Under the pieces are notes generated by a model. The model searched no databases, was not told the origin of the DNA, and saw nothing but the letters and a program-made list of their open reading frames with translations. From NCBI GenBank assembly GCA_964442465.1, contig CAYUEH010000001.1, positions 1-62,717 on the forward strand: a DNA stretch of 62,717 nucleotides, given 5' to 3'. Shown in pieces: positions 27,168-38,477 of the stretch. The position numbers and the translations under genes were made by a program. How positions within the stretch are numbered: the stretch's first letter is position 1; the number at the start of each line of letters is the position of its first letter. The DNA is from an uncultured Laspinema sp. GTDB lineage: Bacteria; Cyanobacteriota; Cyanobacteriia; Cyanobacteriales; Laspinemataceae.

Positions 27168-30100
27168 TTACTTATCTCCTGTGAGTCTAATCGTTTCCAT
27201 GTTCGATAAAAAGTCTTCGATGCTGTAGGCTGTCCAACCGGCTTGAGTGAAAGCTTCCGCATCTTCGGGTGCGACTGTGACGGCGATTTTGGCCTCTAAC
27301 CAGGCGAGTTCGGCCATTGCTACAAAAATTCCTTTGTCGTTTTCGAGTTCGTAACCCGCTTCTGGAACGCTCCACCCTTCCTGACTCATGCGCTCAATGG
27401 CGGGCAATAACTCGTCTTCTACCGTCAGTTCCCGCAATTGCTCCCACTGGTGATCGCACTCAGATGAAGCATTTCCTCCGTGAGACGAGGTGGTTCGCGC
27501 GGTAGAGGGAGTTATACCCCGTTGATGACCTGTGGTGGTGACGGCATAACTATGGGGGAGAAACTGATACAGGTTGAGCGATCGCAACGCTTCTTGCCAC
27601 TCTCCTTGTTGTTCGTTGCGATCGCATAAGGCTAAATCGTCGAGGTGAATGCAGACGAGGCTACTATTCGGGTCTAGTTGGCGATGGCGGGCTAAATCTA
27701 CCAACGTAAAAAGGGTTAAATGGGTTGAAATGTTAACCTGGCCCCCCATCAGTTTAGGTGGAACCTCCCAAACCTCCATCGCTTCTGGGGAGAGTGCCGT
27801 GCGAATATTATCTAGGGTTTGTTCGGGAGGATTCCCCTTGGTTTGGGCGAGGGTTCGCAATAGCGCCCATTTTTGCCATTGCTGACTGTCCGGTTGCGCT
27901 AAATAATGCATCAGCCACTCAAAACTTCGTTCTCGTTCTAATGGCTGCATTTTTTCACACTGATACTGCTGATAAATCTGTTTTGCCCCTTTCTGAAATT
28001 GGGGATTGTTGAGTTCGGAACTAAAGCTATCCGGGGGTAAACTATTGCTGATGCGATCGCGGTTGATTTGTTTCATCACATCGTCCCAGGTCAACGACCA
28101 ACACCAAAATTGGCCACTGCGGAGGATTGCCATGCGTTGCTGAAAGTCTTCGGTGATGCGATCGCGATGATATTCCCAGCCATCGGTAAAAATGACGATG
28201 GGGCGACTGGCAACGCGGCTGGAGGCGGGACGGATCACAAAATCGGCGCGCGAGGGAATCTCTACCCCATCCAGTTCGTTGAGGTTAACTTGGGTTTCGA
28301 TGGTCCAGGCCGCATTTCCAATTTTGAGATAGTATCGGGTTGTGCCGTTGAAAATTTCCGACTTAAGTACCGACGTTTCTGGAGCGTTAAGACGACCACT
28401 CCAGCGCCGAATCGCTTCAATAAACCGCCGTTCCAGTTCACTTTCAAAGTTGCTGTTAATCCGAATCGCGGATAATCCTTTTGAGGTTTCTTTCAGTTCG
28501 GGCCAGTGCTTGAGTAGTTTGGTTAACAACTGGGTGGCGGTTGTCCGGCTGGTACTATCTTGGTAAAAACTATTGCGATAGGCAAATAAGCATTGATAGC
28601 AGCCATCTTCATTCCGTTCTTTGCAGCTACAGGTGATCATAATTCTCAAAGCCTGTTGAAAGACATCTTCCAGTTCTTTGGGATTGCGAATCAGTTGTTT
28701 AAGATAACCTGTTCCACCCGGGACGCTATCGAATAAGTACAGAAAGGATTTGCGTAAGTTGGTATCGGGTTGGGGTTCGTCACTGATGGTGGTCCGCAGA
28801 TGATCCACCTTACCGCGAAATTTATGTTTGAGTCCTAATTGGAGGGCGGCGATAAATGAATGTAACCCTTGGGTTGTCCAGAAACTTTCATCGGGCATCA
28901 GCAAGCGAATCGATTCGGATTCAAACTCGCGATACAAATACAACACATCCAGCAGTTTCGCTTGTTCGGGTTTATCGCGCCATTGGCAGCTAATCGTGTG
29001 ATCCTGGGGTTTAGGGGAATCACCTTCAATCACTTTGCCACAGCTACGACAGACTCGAAACCCTCGGGTCGTAAATTTTTTCGCAGCAATTTCTACAGCT
29101 TCCCCAGTAGCGAGGGATTCTCCTAAATTGATTTCTCGGAATTTGGTGCGCGAGATATACTCAAACCCGAACGGAAATTCGCGATTCTCAATCGCAAAAG
29201 TTTGTTCGCGAAATTCTGGGGCAAAATCGACTAATAAATGTCGCTCAAAAAAGGCAATCGTGCGGTCTTCACTATCGTCGCCAAATCGGCTATTTTTATC
29301 TGAAGTGGTTGCCATCACCTGCCGCAAACGTAACATTTGCTTCAAACGACCCCGATCGCTCCACATGACATCCCCACATCGGGGGCAGCTTTTTTGATGG
29401 GCCTCCGGTTGAAACGATTCGGTGGCGTAGTTACAATTGCGGCAAAGTCGCCACTCTTGTGGTTCGGAGAGTTTGAGGTCGATTTGGTCGATTTTCACCC
29501 GGCGACCTTCTGCATAAAAAACGCCACTGGGAACCAACTCTCGAATCGCCACGGGACTGGGACGTTCGTAACTCAGGGTGAAGGTATCGTACCGTTTGCC
29601 ATTTTTCTGTTCGCTGTCATTGAGCTTACGCCAGAGAATTGAGCGCAGGGTGACACCTGCTTCCGGGAACGAATAGTTGGGTAAGAGTCCTTCGTCGGTG
29701 AGAAAATTAAAGATATTTTTTTCATTAATCTCGCGGATTAAGGCCCGAAATCCGTCTTTTTCCCGTTCCATTTCATCTAGCTTTTCCGGATCTTGAAGTG
29801 CTTCCGGTTCGGCTTTTAGGGCTTTAATTTTTTTGGTAATAGTGGTGATTAAACTGTGGAATCGGGTGCGTTCGCCTTTCACTCCCTCTAAACGGTTGAG
29901 GATGCGCCACCCCAGTCCCCCTTCCTCTTCTTGTCCCCGTTCCATAACTTCGCGTAACTGTTTTTGGGTTTGGGGTTCAATGATGGGGGAGAACAAACAT
30001 AAAAAAGCATTAAGCAGTTCCCCTTGCCGGTCTTCGATGAAGGTAAGCCAGTTGTAGGGAAATTGAGTTTGTTTTTGATTTTGAATCGCATTCAAAATAT

Positions 30101-33100
30101 CATTGAGACGCGGTGAAAAATTTTGGGAGGCAACGCCTGTGGCGACCCAACTATCCAGACAAAAGGCGGTAAGTTGACGTGCTAAAATATCTGAGGCATT
30201 TAGATAGCATCCCGAGGCCTCTACACTACCTTCTAGCATCTGCGCGGGGTCGGCGTAGAAAAATAAATCGTGGGCCTTGCCATTGGCCACCACTCCCACA
30301 AAAGCATTGCCATCACGCCGTCCGGCGCGACCAATTCGCTGTTGAAAGTTGGCTAAACTGGGAGGGACGGAGCAGAGGAAAACCGTAGACAAATCGCCAA
30401 TATTTATCCCCATTTCTAGGGTGGAGGTGGCCGAAATTAAGTTAGGGTCGCAGTGCCGATCGCTGTTGATGAAGCGCTGTTCTAAGCGTTCGCGGTTGTT
30501 GCGCTTGAGCAATCCTGTATGTTCCGCAGCGATTATGCGCCGGATTTGTCCCCGCTGGTACATTTGGCGGTAGTAGGCCAGACCTTGGCGCGGATCGGGG
30601 ATATAATGTCCGCCACATCCTAATGTGCGACAAACTCGCGGGTCAGACTCTTTTTTAGCGGTGGGGGGCAGGGTAAACTGATGATGGCACCGATCGCAGG
30701 CGAAGACCGTTCCCCCGGGATGAATTTCGATCGCAGACATGGGAAGTCCCCAAGCGCGACCTTGACCGCAGGGATACATTTTCAGCAAGCCCGCTTCTAC
30801 CAATGTATCTAACGTGGTGTGCAAAATATCGCCGATCTGCTCTTTCAGCAGCAAATTCTCCGAGGCTAACACTCGCCGCGTCCAGTCTTCGCACCAGGTA
30901 CTTTGTTTCCCCGGATGCAACAGGCGCTCAAAGCGATCGGTTTTGGCAGAAGCATTGACGAAAAATTTCGGGGCGGGGATGGAGGGTCCCAGGCGCGGCA
31001 TATAAGTAATTTGCGTCCACAAATAGGTATTGCCACCATCGGTGATATACTTGCCTTCGGTAGCGGGTTGCACGATGCCTCCCCGTTGGCGCAGGTGATG
31101 CAGCAATCCCTGGATAAATTCAGCGATCGCAGCAACACTCACTCCCCGCAACCCTTCGATTTCATTGCTAAGTTTGAACTGCAATGCTTTGATGCTGGTT
31201 TCCAGGCGATCGCCGTTAAAAGTGACACTGCATACCCCACTGCGTTCTAAAGAAGGCCCGATCGCCGACCGATGACCGAATTGCATGACAATTTCCCAGA
31301 CCAACCGTTCTTTGAGCAAATTGGGCAAGCTGCTATTGGCCTCCAACTCCAGGCGATCGCTCTCAATGAACGCATCCCACTCCCGTAACCACTGTAAATC
31401 GCTGGGTAAAAAGGTGGCCACATAATTGGCCTTTGAGGGAATCTGCTGCTGCCAATAGGCGGGAAATCGTTCCACTAACTCCTGCAATGTCAGAGAACCT
31501 TGGCGATCGCGAATCAGGTGGAAAATCGCCGTCCGTAGGGTGGTGCGATAGGTACGAGCACCATAAAAACCGGCGCGGTGGGCAGCATCCTGTACCGAAT
31601 CGGAAAAGGTCAGCAATTTTTTATCTGCATTAAACGGGGTTGTATAAAGGATGCCGATGCTGGCACTGGTGAGGCTGGCCGCCTGCGCCCCCAGAATCGA
31701 TAAGCCGTTGGAATTGCCGCAAAATGGGCAGTCGCAGGTAGAAACCGCCTGGGGTTGTCCGTTGCGGGTTTCCGTGGTCACCGCCTCGGGAACCAGGACC
31801 GGAATTAAATTTATCTCATCTGCATGATTCTCCGCATGACAACTGTGACAAGATTTGGCACTGGGGAGATTGAGGGTGAGACAGTGACGACACAGTAAAC
31901 GCATCTCAGGCCGATCGCCGTCGCCATCCCAGGGAAAGACAAACGAAACCAAGGGTTTGCGACTGAAAAACGCTTTGTAAAACCCGCGCAAATCATTGGC
32001 AATCAGTTTAGAAGCGGCAGAGGAAGGTCGCACTCCACCCCACCCGGTGGCTCCACAGTCGCGACAATGCATCACGGGTAAGGTTTTGGTTTGTTCTCTG
32101 ACTTCTGGGTTAAGGTCATCGGAAAACAGTAATTTGGGTTCGGACTCCACCGACGCCACCATCCGCTTGAGTTCGCGAAACCACACCTGGACGCGCAAGG
32201 TTACCCAAGGCAAAATCGAGGTTTTTCCGTTGGGATATTGAATTTGGCGTCGGGCTGCCCCAACCAAGGCAAAAATGCTATCGAGGAGGAGGGCGCAATA
32301 TTCCGGGTGTTGTTGGAGCGGTAAATGCAGACGACGACCGATGCGCTCAAGGAGTTGGTCATAAGTGTAAGACTGTTGGCTCAGAATCCTAATTAAATTG
32401 TGGATAATCGGCAGACTTTTGAGTTCCATCCCCAGTTGGACGCGCCAGGAATCATCGAGGGGGTCGTTGGCATCGGCTTGGGTGGGTTCAAAACTTGCGC
32501 CAAAACTGATTCCGTCGCTGTCCTCCTCCCAGGGATTGTGCAGCCAGAGTTTTGCTTGTCCTCGGATATAGGCTTCCGGGCTCTCGTAGCTATCTGGTTG
32601 CAGTGGACCCGTCGCCTCTAATCCGGGTAACGGCAATACATTCAGCAAGGCATCAGACAAAAACTCCGCAGCGGTGAGGCGGTCTTCTTCGACTAATGCC
32701 CCATCATCAAAGGGTTCTTGGAAAATGGTCTGGGCGTAGTGGAGGATATCACCGCGATCGCTTTTGCTGCCCAGGGTGGCGGAAGTCCCCACGCAGGCGA
32801 GGTGATTTTCGGGGGTTTGCAGGCGATGTTTGAGGCGGCGTAGCAGACAAGCCAGGTCGGTTCCTTGCGCCCCATCAAAGGTGTGAAATTCATCCACCAC
32901 CAGATAGCGCAGGGTTTCTGGTTGGTTGTCCCGCCATAATTTTTGCAAATCCGGCTGAATTAATAGGTAATCCAGCATTTTATAGTTGGTCAGCAGAATA
33001 TCTGGGGGGGCTTCGCGCAGGGTGCGTTTATCGGTGATAATTTTTTCGGCACTCATCCCCGAGGTCGGAGTTTCGTCTTGGTCCCCCACATACAACCCCG

Positions 33101-33575
33101 CCGTCACTTTTCCTGCGAGAGAAAGAGTGTTGTGAATCAATTGGGCAATACGTTTGGCTTGGTCTGTAGCCAGGGCATTCATCGGGTAGATTAAAATTGC
33201 CTTGATACCCGGTTTTCCTTGCTGTTGACGACAATGTTCTAAAAGGGGCATCAAAAAGCACTCGGTTTTTCCCGAACCTGTCCCTGTGGCGATTAAAGTG
33301 GACAGGTAATAGGGAGGGCTGAGACGATTAAAGGCCCGTTCTTGGTGCAGAAATGGGGTAAACCCCAGGGGAATTTCTGGGAAGTAGTCCTTACCCAGGC
33401 TACTAGGACGAAACGGCAACCCCAGAGAAACGTAAGGACCGCGATAGAGATTGGGCTTTTCTGATAAAAACCGTTCCATCAACCCTTGAAAACCTGCCGT
33501 GGTTGGGCGAAAGGTGGTATAGAGATAATCTTCGACGCAGTTGCGGATTTGGGTGGCGACAACGGAAGGGATCAT
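27168..33575 (-). CDS. 2135-aa DEAD/DEAH (YprA/DruE-like) helicase with DUF1998 and C-terminal nuclease-like domain
   Basis: TGTGSGKTECF, YPMNALATDQ, DEFH, TSATL, STLEMGINIG, QRIGRAGR; several CxxC pairs; DSVPGGTG..CSC..GCYQCL (DUF1998); ESELE..RADF..IFTDGWEYH. Confidence 0.9.
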   Translation of the reverse strand: MIPSVVATQIRNCVEDYLYTTFRPTTAGFQGLMERFLSEKPNLYRGPYVSLGLPFRPSSLGKDYFPEIPLGFTPFLHQERAFNRLSPPYYLSTLIATGTGSGKTECFLMPLLEHCRQQQGKPGIKAILIYPMNALATDQAKRIAQLIHNTLSLAGKVTAGLYVGDQDETPTSGMSAEKIITDKRTLREAPPDILLTNYKMLDYLLIQPDLQKLWRDNQPETLRYLVVDEFHTFDGAQGTDLACLLRRLKHRLQTPENHLACVGTSATLGSKSDRGDILHYAQTIFQEPFDDGALVEEDRLTAAEFLSDALLNVLPLPGLEATGPLQPDSYESPEAYIRGQAKLWLHNPWEEDSDGISFGASFEPTQADANDPLDDSWRVQLGMELKSLPIIHNLIRILSQQSYTYDQLLERIGRRLHLPLQQHPEYCALLLDSIFALVGAARRQIQYPNGKTSILPWVTLRVQVWFRELKRMVASVESEPKLLFSDDLNPEVREQTKTLPVMHCRDCGATGWGGVRPSSAASKLIANDLRGFYKAFFSRKPLVSFVFPWDGDGDRPEMRLLCRHCLTLNLPSAKSCHSCHAENHADEINLIPVLVPEAVTTETRNGQPQAVSTCDCPFCGNSNGLSILGAQAASLTSASIGILYTTPFNADKKLLTFSDSVQDAAHRAGFYGARTYRTTLRTAIFHLIRDRQGSLTLQELVERFPAYWQQQIPSKANYVATFLPSDLQWLREWDAFIESDRLELEANSSLPNLLKERLVWEIVMQFGHRSAIGPSLERSGVCSVTFNGDRLETSIKALQFKLSNEIEGLRGVSVAAIAEFIQGLLHHLRQRGGIVQPATEGKYITDGGNTYLWTQITYMPRLGPSIPAPKFFVNASAKTDRFERLLHPGKQSTWCEDWTRRVLASENLLLKEQIGDILHTTLDTLVEAGLLKMYPCGQGRAWGLPMSAIEIHPGGTVFACDRCHHQFTLPPTAKKESDPRVCRTLGCGGHYIPDPRQGLAYYRQMYQRGQIRRIIAAEHTGLLKRNNRERLEQRFINSDRHCDPNLISATSTLEMGINIGDLSTVFLCSVPPSLANFQQRIGRAGRRDGNAFVGVVANGKAHDLFFYADPAQMLEGSVEASGCYLNASDILARQLTAFCLDSWVATGVASQNFSPRLNDILNAIQNQKQTQFPYNWLTFIEDRQGELLNAFLCLFSPIIEPQTQKQLREVMERGQEEEGGLGWRILNRLEGVKGERTRFHSLITTITKKIKALKAEPEALQDPEKLDEMEREKDGFRALIREINEKNIFNFLTDEGLLPNYSFPEAGVTLRSILWRKLNDSEQKNGKRYDTFTLSYERPSPVAIRELVPSGVFYAEGRRVKIDQIDLKLSEPQEWRLCRNCNYATESFQPEAHQKSCPRCGDVMWSDRGRLKQMLRLRQVMATTSDKNSRFGDDSEDRTIAFFERHLLVDFAPEFREQTFAIENREFPFGFEYISRTKFREINLGESLATGEAVEIAAKKFTTRGFRVCRSCGKVIEGDSPKPQDHTISCQWRDKPEQAKLLDVLYLYREFESESIRLLMPDESFWTTQGLHSFIAALQLGLKHKFRGKVDHLRTTISDEPQPDTNLRKSFLYLFDSVPGGTGYLKQLIRNPKELEDVFQQALRIMITCSCKERNEDGCYQCLFAYRNSFYQDSTSRTTATQLLTKLLKHWPELKETSKGLSAIRINSNFESELERRFIEAIRRWSGRLNAPETSVLKSEIFNGTTRYYLKIGNAAWTIETQVNLNELDGVEIPSRADFVIRPASSRVASRPIVIFTDGWEYHRDRITEDFQQRMAILRSGQFWCWSLTWDDVMKQINRDRISNSLPPDSFSSELNNPQFQKGAKQIYQQYQCEKMQPLERERSFEWLMHYLAQPDSQQWQKWALLRTLAQTKGNPPEQTLDNIRTALSPEAMEVWEVPPKLMGGQVNISTHLTLFTLVDLARHRQLDPNSSLVCIHLDDLALCDRNEQQGEWQEALRSLNLYQFLPHSYAVTTTGHQRGITPSTARTTSSHGGNASSECDHQWEQLRELTVEDELLPAIERMSQEGWSVPEAGYELENDKGIFVAMAELAWLEAKIAVTVAPEDAEAFTQAGWTAYSIEDFLSNMETIRLTGDK

Positions 33576-33632
33576 GGGCTGTTTGGGGGTGGGGTTGATT
33601 AGAATTGCGAACGGCGTGGGGGAATGGCCCGG

Positions 33633-36600
33633 TTAAGTGTGGGTTTGAAAATAATCCCAGGCAGTACGATAATCTTCTACTCTGTCGCATTTGGCAAAGG
33701 GGGCGTGATAAACAATCTGGCGCTGGATGGGGCCATCCGGCAGGGTGTCGTCTTCGATGGTGACTTCGACAGTACCCGTTTCCATATGCTGCACGTCTTC
33801 CCAGCCGATGATCTCTTTTTTCTTGTTGCCTTTGCGGGGTAAACCGACGCCAGTTAAGCCTTTGCTAGTAGTGAAGACGATCCGCCCGTTCATGTCAAAG
33901 TAGGTTTCCCCTTCGTACTGCTGCATCAGCGGGAATTGGATGCGGTAAATGGTAATCAGTTCGTCTAAAGTAAGTCCCAAAGCCATTGCTGCCAAAACGT
34001 CAATTTCGACTAATGCTTGACGGCGATCGTAGTCGGTACGCAGGGCATTGTGACGCTGCCAGTGGGGGGTGAGTTGGGCGAAGAAGTTGGCGGTGAGGCG
34101 GGGGTCATCCGGTTTCGTCCAGATGTCTTCCTTGAAGGTATCTTGCCAACAGTCTTGCCATAATTCGCTGTAGTAGGTGGTGAGGCAGTTGAGGGCGAGG
34201 GTGCGAATTTGTAAGGCAGGTTTGAGTTTAAACTTTTCTGGAATAAGTGGGAGAAGTTTTAAAATGTTATGATTTGCATGACCCATTCCCGTTGTTTTGA
34301 CAAAAAAATCAACCAGAAGGCTTATCCCCATTGCCAAAAAATCAACCGCTTGGATTGTTTCTTGGAAAGTAGTTCCCATACAAGTATTAACATGACCAAT
34401 GCCTTTAGGTATCATTGCAGGAATAAAAGTTCTTTCCCCAGATTGACTCAACATCTCTCGACTTACAACTCGATAAAATTCGGTTACAGATTTTTGGTCA
34501 TCCCAAGGAACACAGGGAATCCGGCGACGGTATTCGTCCTCGGAACAGTCGGGGAAGTATTTCGTGCGCGGGAGATAATCATCTGGGATTTGCGTTAAGT
34601 CGAGAGCATCATAAGAGCGATTGGTATTACAAACTCGTCTGGGAGTTTGATAAATTGGGGTGCCGACAAAAAAGATAGGAGCAGAAAGGATTAATTTTTC
34701 CGGAGATTTTGGAAATTGAGTATCGGGGCGAATAGTATGGTCTTTTTGTGCATTCGTTTCATTCCACATTTGCAGAGTAAAATATTTACCCTGTAAATTT
34801 CCTAGCCGCTTTTCTTGCTTTGCAAACTTTTCTAATACGCTGACTAAATTTTGAGAGTGCAACGCAGGTAAACGGGCTTCTGCTGCGGGTGTACCTTCCG
34901 AATCATAAAGTGTTGCAAATAGTTGCAAGGTATTTAGATCGATGCTTATAATTCTTGCTGGATGTCCTTGTGTCTCCCATTTGCCCTGATCGTCTTTAAT
35001 CCCTGGAATTAAATTTTTACCGGAAGATTCAAAACATTCGGATATTGTTTTAGGACTAAAGATATTAGCAATATGAACAAAACGAATAACGAAAGTTTCA
35101 TTGCAATCCAATAAATTTTTGTATATATTAACACTATATCTAGTATGATTGTCTACATCTTTAAATAAATGTTTTTTAATCTGGTTTTCTATTTGAAAAT
35201 GTGCTTTTAAATAAGAATAGATAGCTTTTCGCAGTTCTCCCCCTTTCGGGTCGTCATAAACTCCCTCTGGGTGCAAAAACCCCGACACACCCGCAGGCTT
35301 GCTAAATGTCCAGGCTTGCGGGAGAAAACACTTAAATAAATTCGATTTTTGTCCTTGCAACAATGGATAATTTTGCATCGCATTTAGGAAATTTTGAGTG
35401 GCGTGTGACTCTTCATACTCCTGAAAATATCCCGGTCTCAATCCCGGATATTGCTCAAATAATTTTTCGCGCCGTTGCGCCAACTCAGGAGCCGATAATT
35501 GGCGAATCACCGTCAGAGGGTCATAATCTCCCAAAATATCTCCCTCTTGCCACTCGATTTTAATCCAAGGGGGATTTCCCACCATCAAATCGAAGCCGCC
35601 ATTCAACTGAAAAATATCGGCAAACTCCAATTCCCAATGAAAAAACCGATATCGTTCCGCCAACTCCTCCACTAACTGCAACCGGGGATTAAGTAATTTC
35701 AATTTATCCAGATTGACAAATCCCCAAGTCGTGAGAAATAATTCACCTTGTTGCGGTTCTTGAGTTTCCGGAAATAGAGATAGTTGCTGGACAGCCGGAA
35801 CCAACATCTCGGTTTCCCCCAAAATTGCCCCCACATCCTGCAAAAACTCCTCACGGCTGGGTAGCTGTTGCGCCTCCATCACCGGCCAAAACCACAACGC
35901 ACACCAATAATCCATCACCAACTTGAGACGACGGTAAGCAAAGGAGTTTTCTATGCCTTGTGAGAGTTTTTCCTGAGCATAAATTTTATCCTTTTGTTCC
36001 AGAGGCGTCTCCCGCTTGTTCTCCGCCTGCTGTCCCCAGACCGTGAGACTATCGGTGGTCCGTTTCCGAATCGCTGCCATTTCCTGGGCGTAGGATTCCC
36101 AAAGTTTGTGAATCCGCTGGGACAGAACTATCGCATAGTCTGCCTGTTCTGCGGTACATTCAGCCTTACAAAACTCTTTCTGCCATTCATTAATCTGTTT
36201 GATGGCATCGGGTTCGAGTTGTTTGATGACTTTATCCGTGTAGTTCGCCATGCCTGGATCGCCCAGGAGGAAGTGAAAAATCCCATTCTTGGGTAAATCT
36301 TGCCCCAGGGGAATCCGTTCCGGGTTAAACTCATGCCACTTTGCCACTCTTTTTTTCGATCCGGTGACATTTTTGCGCCGATAAATTTGCCGTCTGGCCC
36401 CTACCAACGAGTTACCGCAATGTAACTGTAAGCCAAACCAGGGAATAAAGATTTTACTGGGGTCGTTGACATCGCCATAGATTGATTTCAGCCATAAGGA
36501 CACCTCTGCCAACTCCATTGCCACCGGGTTTTTATCGATACCGAAGACATTGCGATCGGCCAGCAGCATTCTGACCTTTTGCTTTTCCATTCTGACGCAA

Positions 36601-38429
36601 TCGTGGGGAATCCGCTGGTTGAGTTCCGATTGCTTGCGTTCTAAATAGGCTTCTGCCAATTGGTCGATCGCCTCATTCAAAAAGGCTGCACTTCCCATCG
36701 CCGGTTCGCAAATGGTTAACTGTAAAATATCGTCGGCAGTTTTATCGGCCAATAATTCCTTAAGGGCATATTTGACCAAACATTCGGTCAAAGACTGGGG
36801 CGTGTAGTAACTGGCACTTTTCTGGCGATCGCGTCCCGCCAACCGAAACAGAAATTTCCCCTTTTCATGCTTGCGGGGGGCTTTTCCTGTAAGCGGATCC
36901 TTAACTAACTCCGATTTTTTAAACTCATCCAACCGATGCGCCGGGACAAAATAGGCAATCTCTAACTCGCTGCGTTCCTCAGCGTCATCGGCAGGTTTTA
37001 CCTCATAGAGGTCTTCTTCGGCAAAAAATCCCGACAAACTCAACAACCCTTCATACACTTCCCCTAATGGATTAGGCTTCAAATCGGCATAACTAATCCG
37101 TCCTCGACGCCCCTTTCCTTCCCGAGAAAGGGACATTAACTCCAATACCTTCCGGAAGACTTGATTGCGGAATTTGACCCCATTGAGCATTTCTGTCCGC
37201 TTCGGGTCAAATAAATGACTTTTGAGGGCGGGTAAGCGGAAGGTGTTGTAAACGATCGCGCGATCGGATTGTTCTAAAAGATTGCCTTGCTTGGATTTCT
37301 CCTCGGGATACCCAGACCACAGTAAATGGAATAATCGACGGATGGAAGTATCGATATAATAGCCGTCCGCATCTTCTGTAGAGAGCAACTCAACCTGCTC
37401 TAAATCGCGCAGGGTTTCCAAACTGTACCCTTCCCGGTACACATCCGACCCCATTGGCACATAGCCCAATCCGGGACGAGCTTCAATGTAAAATACGAAC
37501 AGCAGCCGATATACCCAACGCAAACATTCGATTTTCAGCTGGTTGGGGTCAATTTTCCGTTCCCCCCGTTCCTTTTGCGCCTCACTCGAAAAAACTTGTT
37601 TTTTGCTAACCCGGCGTCGATAGTCAATGACCTCATTGCCCAACAGTTCGATCGCCTCGCGCAGCGCAAACTTCAGGTCTTCGGAGACACTATAGGCGTG
37701 GCGGTGGCTATTTTCATCCAGAGTATCGAGTAATCCCGCCCCTTCCGCTGGACATATCCGATCTCGGTGTAACAGGGTCGCCGCAGCTAGAAGCGAATCG
37801 CGATCTCGTTCCTCCAGCAGTTGCGCCAAATCGAACCGCAGCAACCGGGAAGCATTCCACTTGTGTCGATTAATCAATATCATTTGGTCAATACTGATGA
37901 GAATCACCCAATCCGGGGGTTTATCCTCAGCAAAAACACAGTCCGTCAGCAACTCTTCCAAACTCAAATCTTCCAACCGTTCCCCATCACTCGCCTCTAA
38001 CCCTGGATACTGGAGCGGATCCAACGTCAGAGAGAGAATATCCAGGGGTTCCGAGCTCGGATTAAAGCCAGCGATTACCCACAATTGCGGCATCCCGTTA
38101 CTGCGGGTAACGGCAGCGACCACAGGTAACAGGCGATCGTCCCCTAACGCCCGAAGTTGCGGCTGCCATTCATACCCCAAAATGGTCAAAACCTGCTGGA
38201 AAAATTCCTGTTGCTGGTGGAATCTTTCCTGGGGATCGCCCATGCGGGCTAATTTATCTCGCAGACGAAAGTAGTCCTGACGCAAACTCAACAGTGCTTT
38301 GTCCGGTGTCTTTTCCTCCGCAGTTTCTTCCCCTTGGGCGATCGCTCCTTTGAGGTCCTGGGTCAGGATAGCATCGAGGTAATGCGCCGAGTAGAACTCG
38401 TTTTCGTTAGCGATTCCGATAAGGGGCAT
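33633..38429 (-). CDS. large N6-adenine DNA methyltransferase (Eco57I/DrmMI/PglX-like)
   Basis: SYYTP, EPAMGSAAF (motif I), FGID, FFHWELEF, GNPPW (motif IV). Confidence 0.9.
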   Translation of the reverse strand: MPLIGIANENEFYSAHYLDAILTQDLKGAIAQGEETAEEKTPDKALLSLRQDYFRLRDKLARMGDPQERFHQQQEFFQQVLTILGYEWQPQLRALGDDRLLPVVAAVTRSNGMPQLWVIAGFNPSSEPLDILSLTLDPLQYPGLEASDGERLEDLSLEELLTDCVFAEDKPPDWVILISIDQMILINRHKWNASRLLRFDLAQLLEERDRDSLLAAATLLHRDRICPAEGAGLLDTLDENSHRHAYSVSEDLKFALREAIELLGNEVIDYRRRVSKKQVFSSEAQKERGERKIDPNQLKIECLRWVYRLLFVFYIEARPGLGYVPMGSDVYREGYSLETLRDLEQVELLSTEDADGYYIDTSIRRLFHLLWSGYPEEKSKQGNLLEQSDRAIVYNTFRLPALKSHLFDPKRTEMLNGVKFRNQVFRKVLELMSLSREGKGRRGRISYADLKPNPLGEVYEGLLSLSGFFAEEDLYEVKPADDAEERSELEIAYFVPAHRLDEFKKSELVKDPLTGKAPRKHEKGKFLFRLAGRDRQKSASYYTPQSLTECLVKYALKELLADKTADDILQLTICEPAMGSAAFLNEAIDQLAEAYLERKQSELNQRIPHDCVRMEKQKVRMLLADRNVFGIDKNPVAMELAEVSLWLKSIYGDVNDPSKIFIPWFGLQLHCGNSLVGARRQIYRRKNVTGSKKRVAKWHEFNPERIPLGQDLPKNGIFHFLLGDPGMANYTDKVIKQLEPDAIKQINEWQKEFCKAECTAEQADYAIVLSQRIHKLWESYAQEMAAIRKRTTDSLTVWGQQAENKRETPLEQKDKIYAQEKLSQGIENSFAYRRLKLVMDYWCALWFWPVMEAQQLPSREEFLQDVGAILGETEMLVPAVQQLSLFPETQEPQQGELFLTTWGFVNLDKLKLLNPRLQLVEELAERYRFFHWELEFADIFQLNGGFDLMVGNPPWIKIEWQEGDILGDYDPLTVIRQLSAPELAQRREKLFEQYPGLRPGYFQEYEESHATQNFLNAMQNYPLLQGQKSNLFKCFLPQAWTFSKPAGVSGFLHPEGVYDDPKGGELRKAIYSYLKAHFQIENQIKKHLFKDVDNHTRYSVNIYKNLLDCNETFVIRFVHIANIFSPKTISECFESSGKNLIPGIKDDQGKWETQGHPARIISIDLNTLQLFATLYDSEGTPAAEARLPALHSQNLVSVLEKFAKQEKRLGNLQGKYFTLQMWNETNAQKDHTIRPDTQFPKSPEKLILSAPIFFVGTPIYQTPRRVCNTNRSYDALDLTQIPDDYLPRTKYFPDCSEDEYRRRIPCVPWDDQKSVTEFYRVVSREMLSQSGERTFIPAMIPKGIGHVNTCMGTTFQETIQAVDFLAMGISLLVDFFVKTTGMGHANHNILKLLPLIPEKFKLKPALQIRTLALNCLTTYYSELWQDCWQDTFKEDIWTKPDDPRLTANFFAQLTPHWQRHNALRTDYDRRQALVEIDVLAAMALGLTLDELITIYRIQFPLMQQYEGETYFDMNGRIVFTTSKGLTGVGLPRKGNKKKEIIGWEDVQHMETGTVEVTIEDDTLPDGPIQRQIVYHAPFAKCDRVEDYRTAWDYFQTHT

Positions 38430-38477
38430 AAACGGGTTTCAACAAGTAGGGGTAAGACACAGAGGGGTCCGAGGCGA

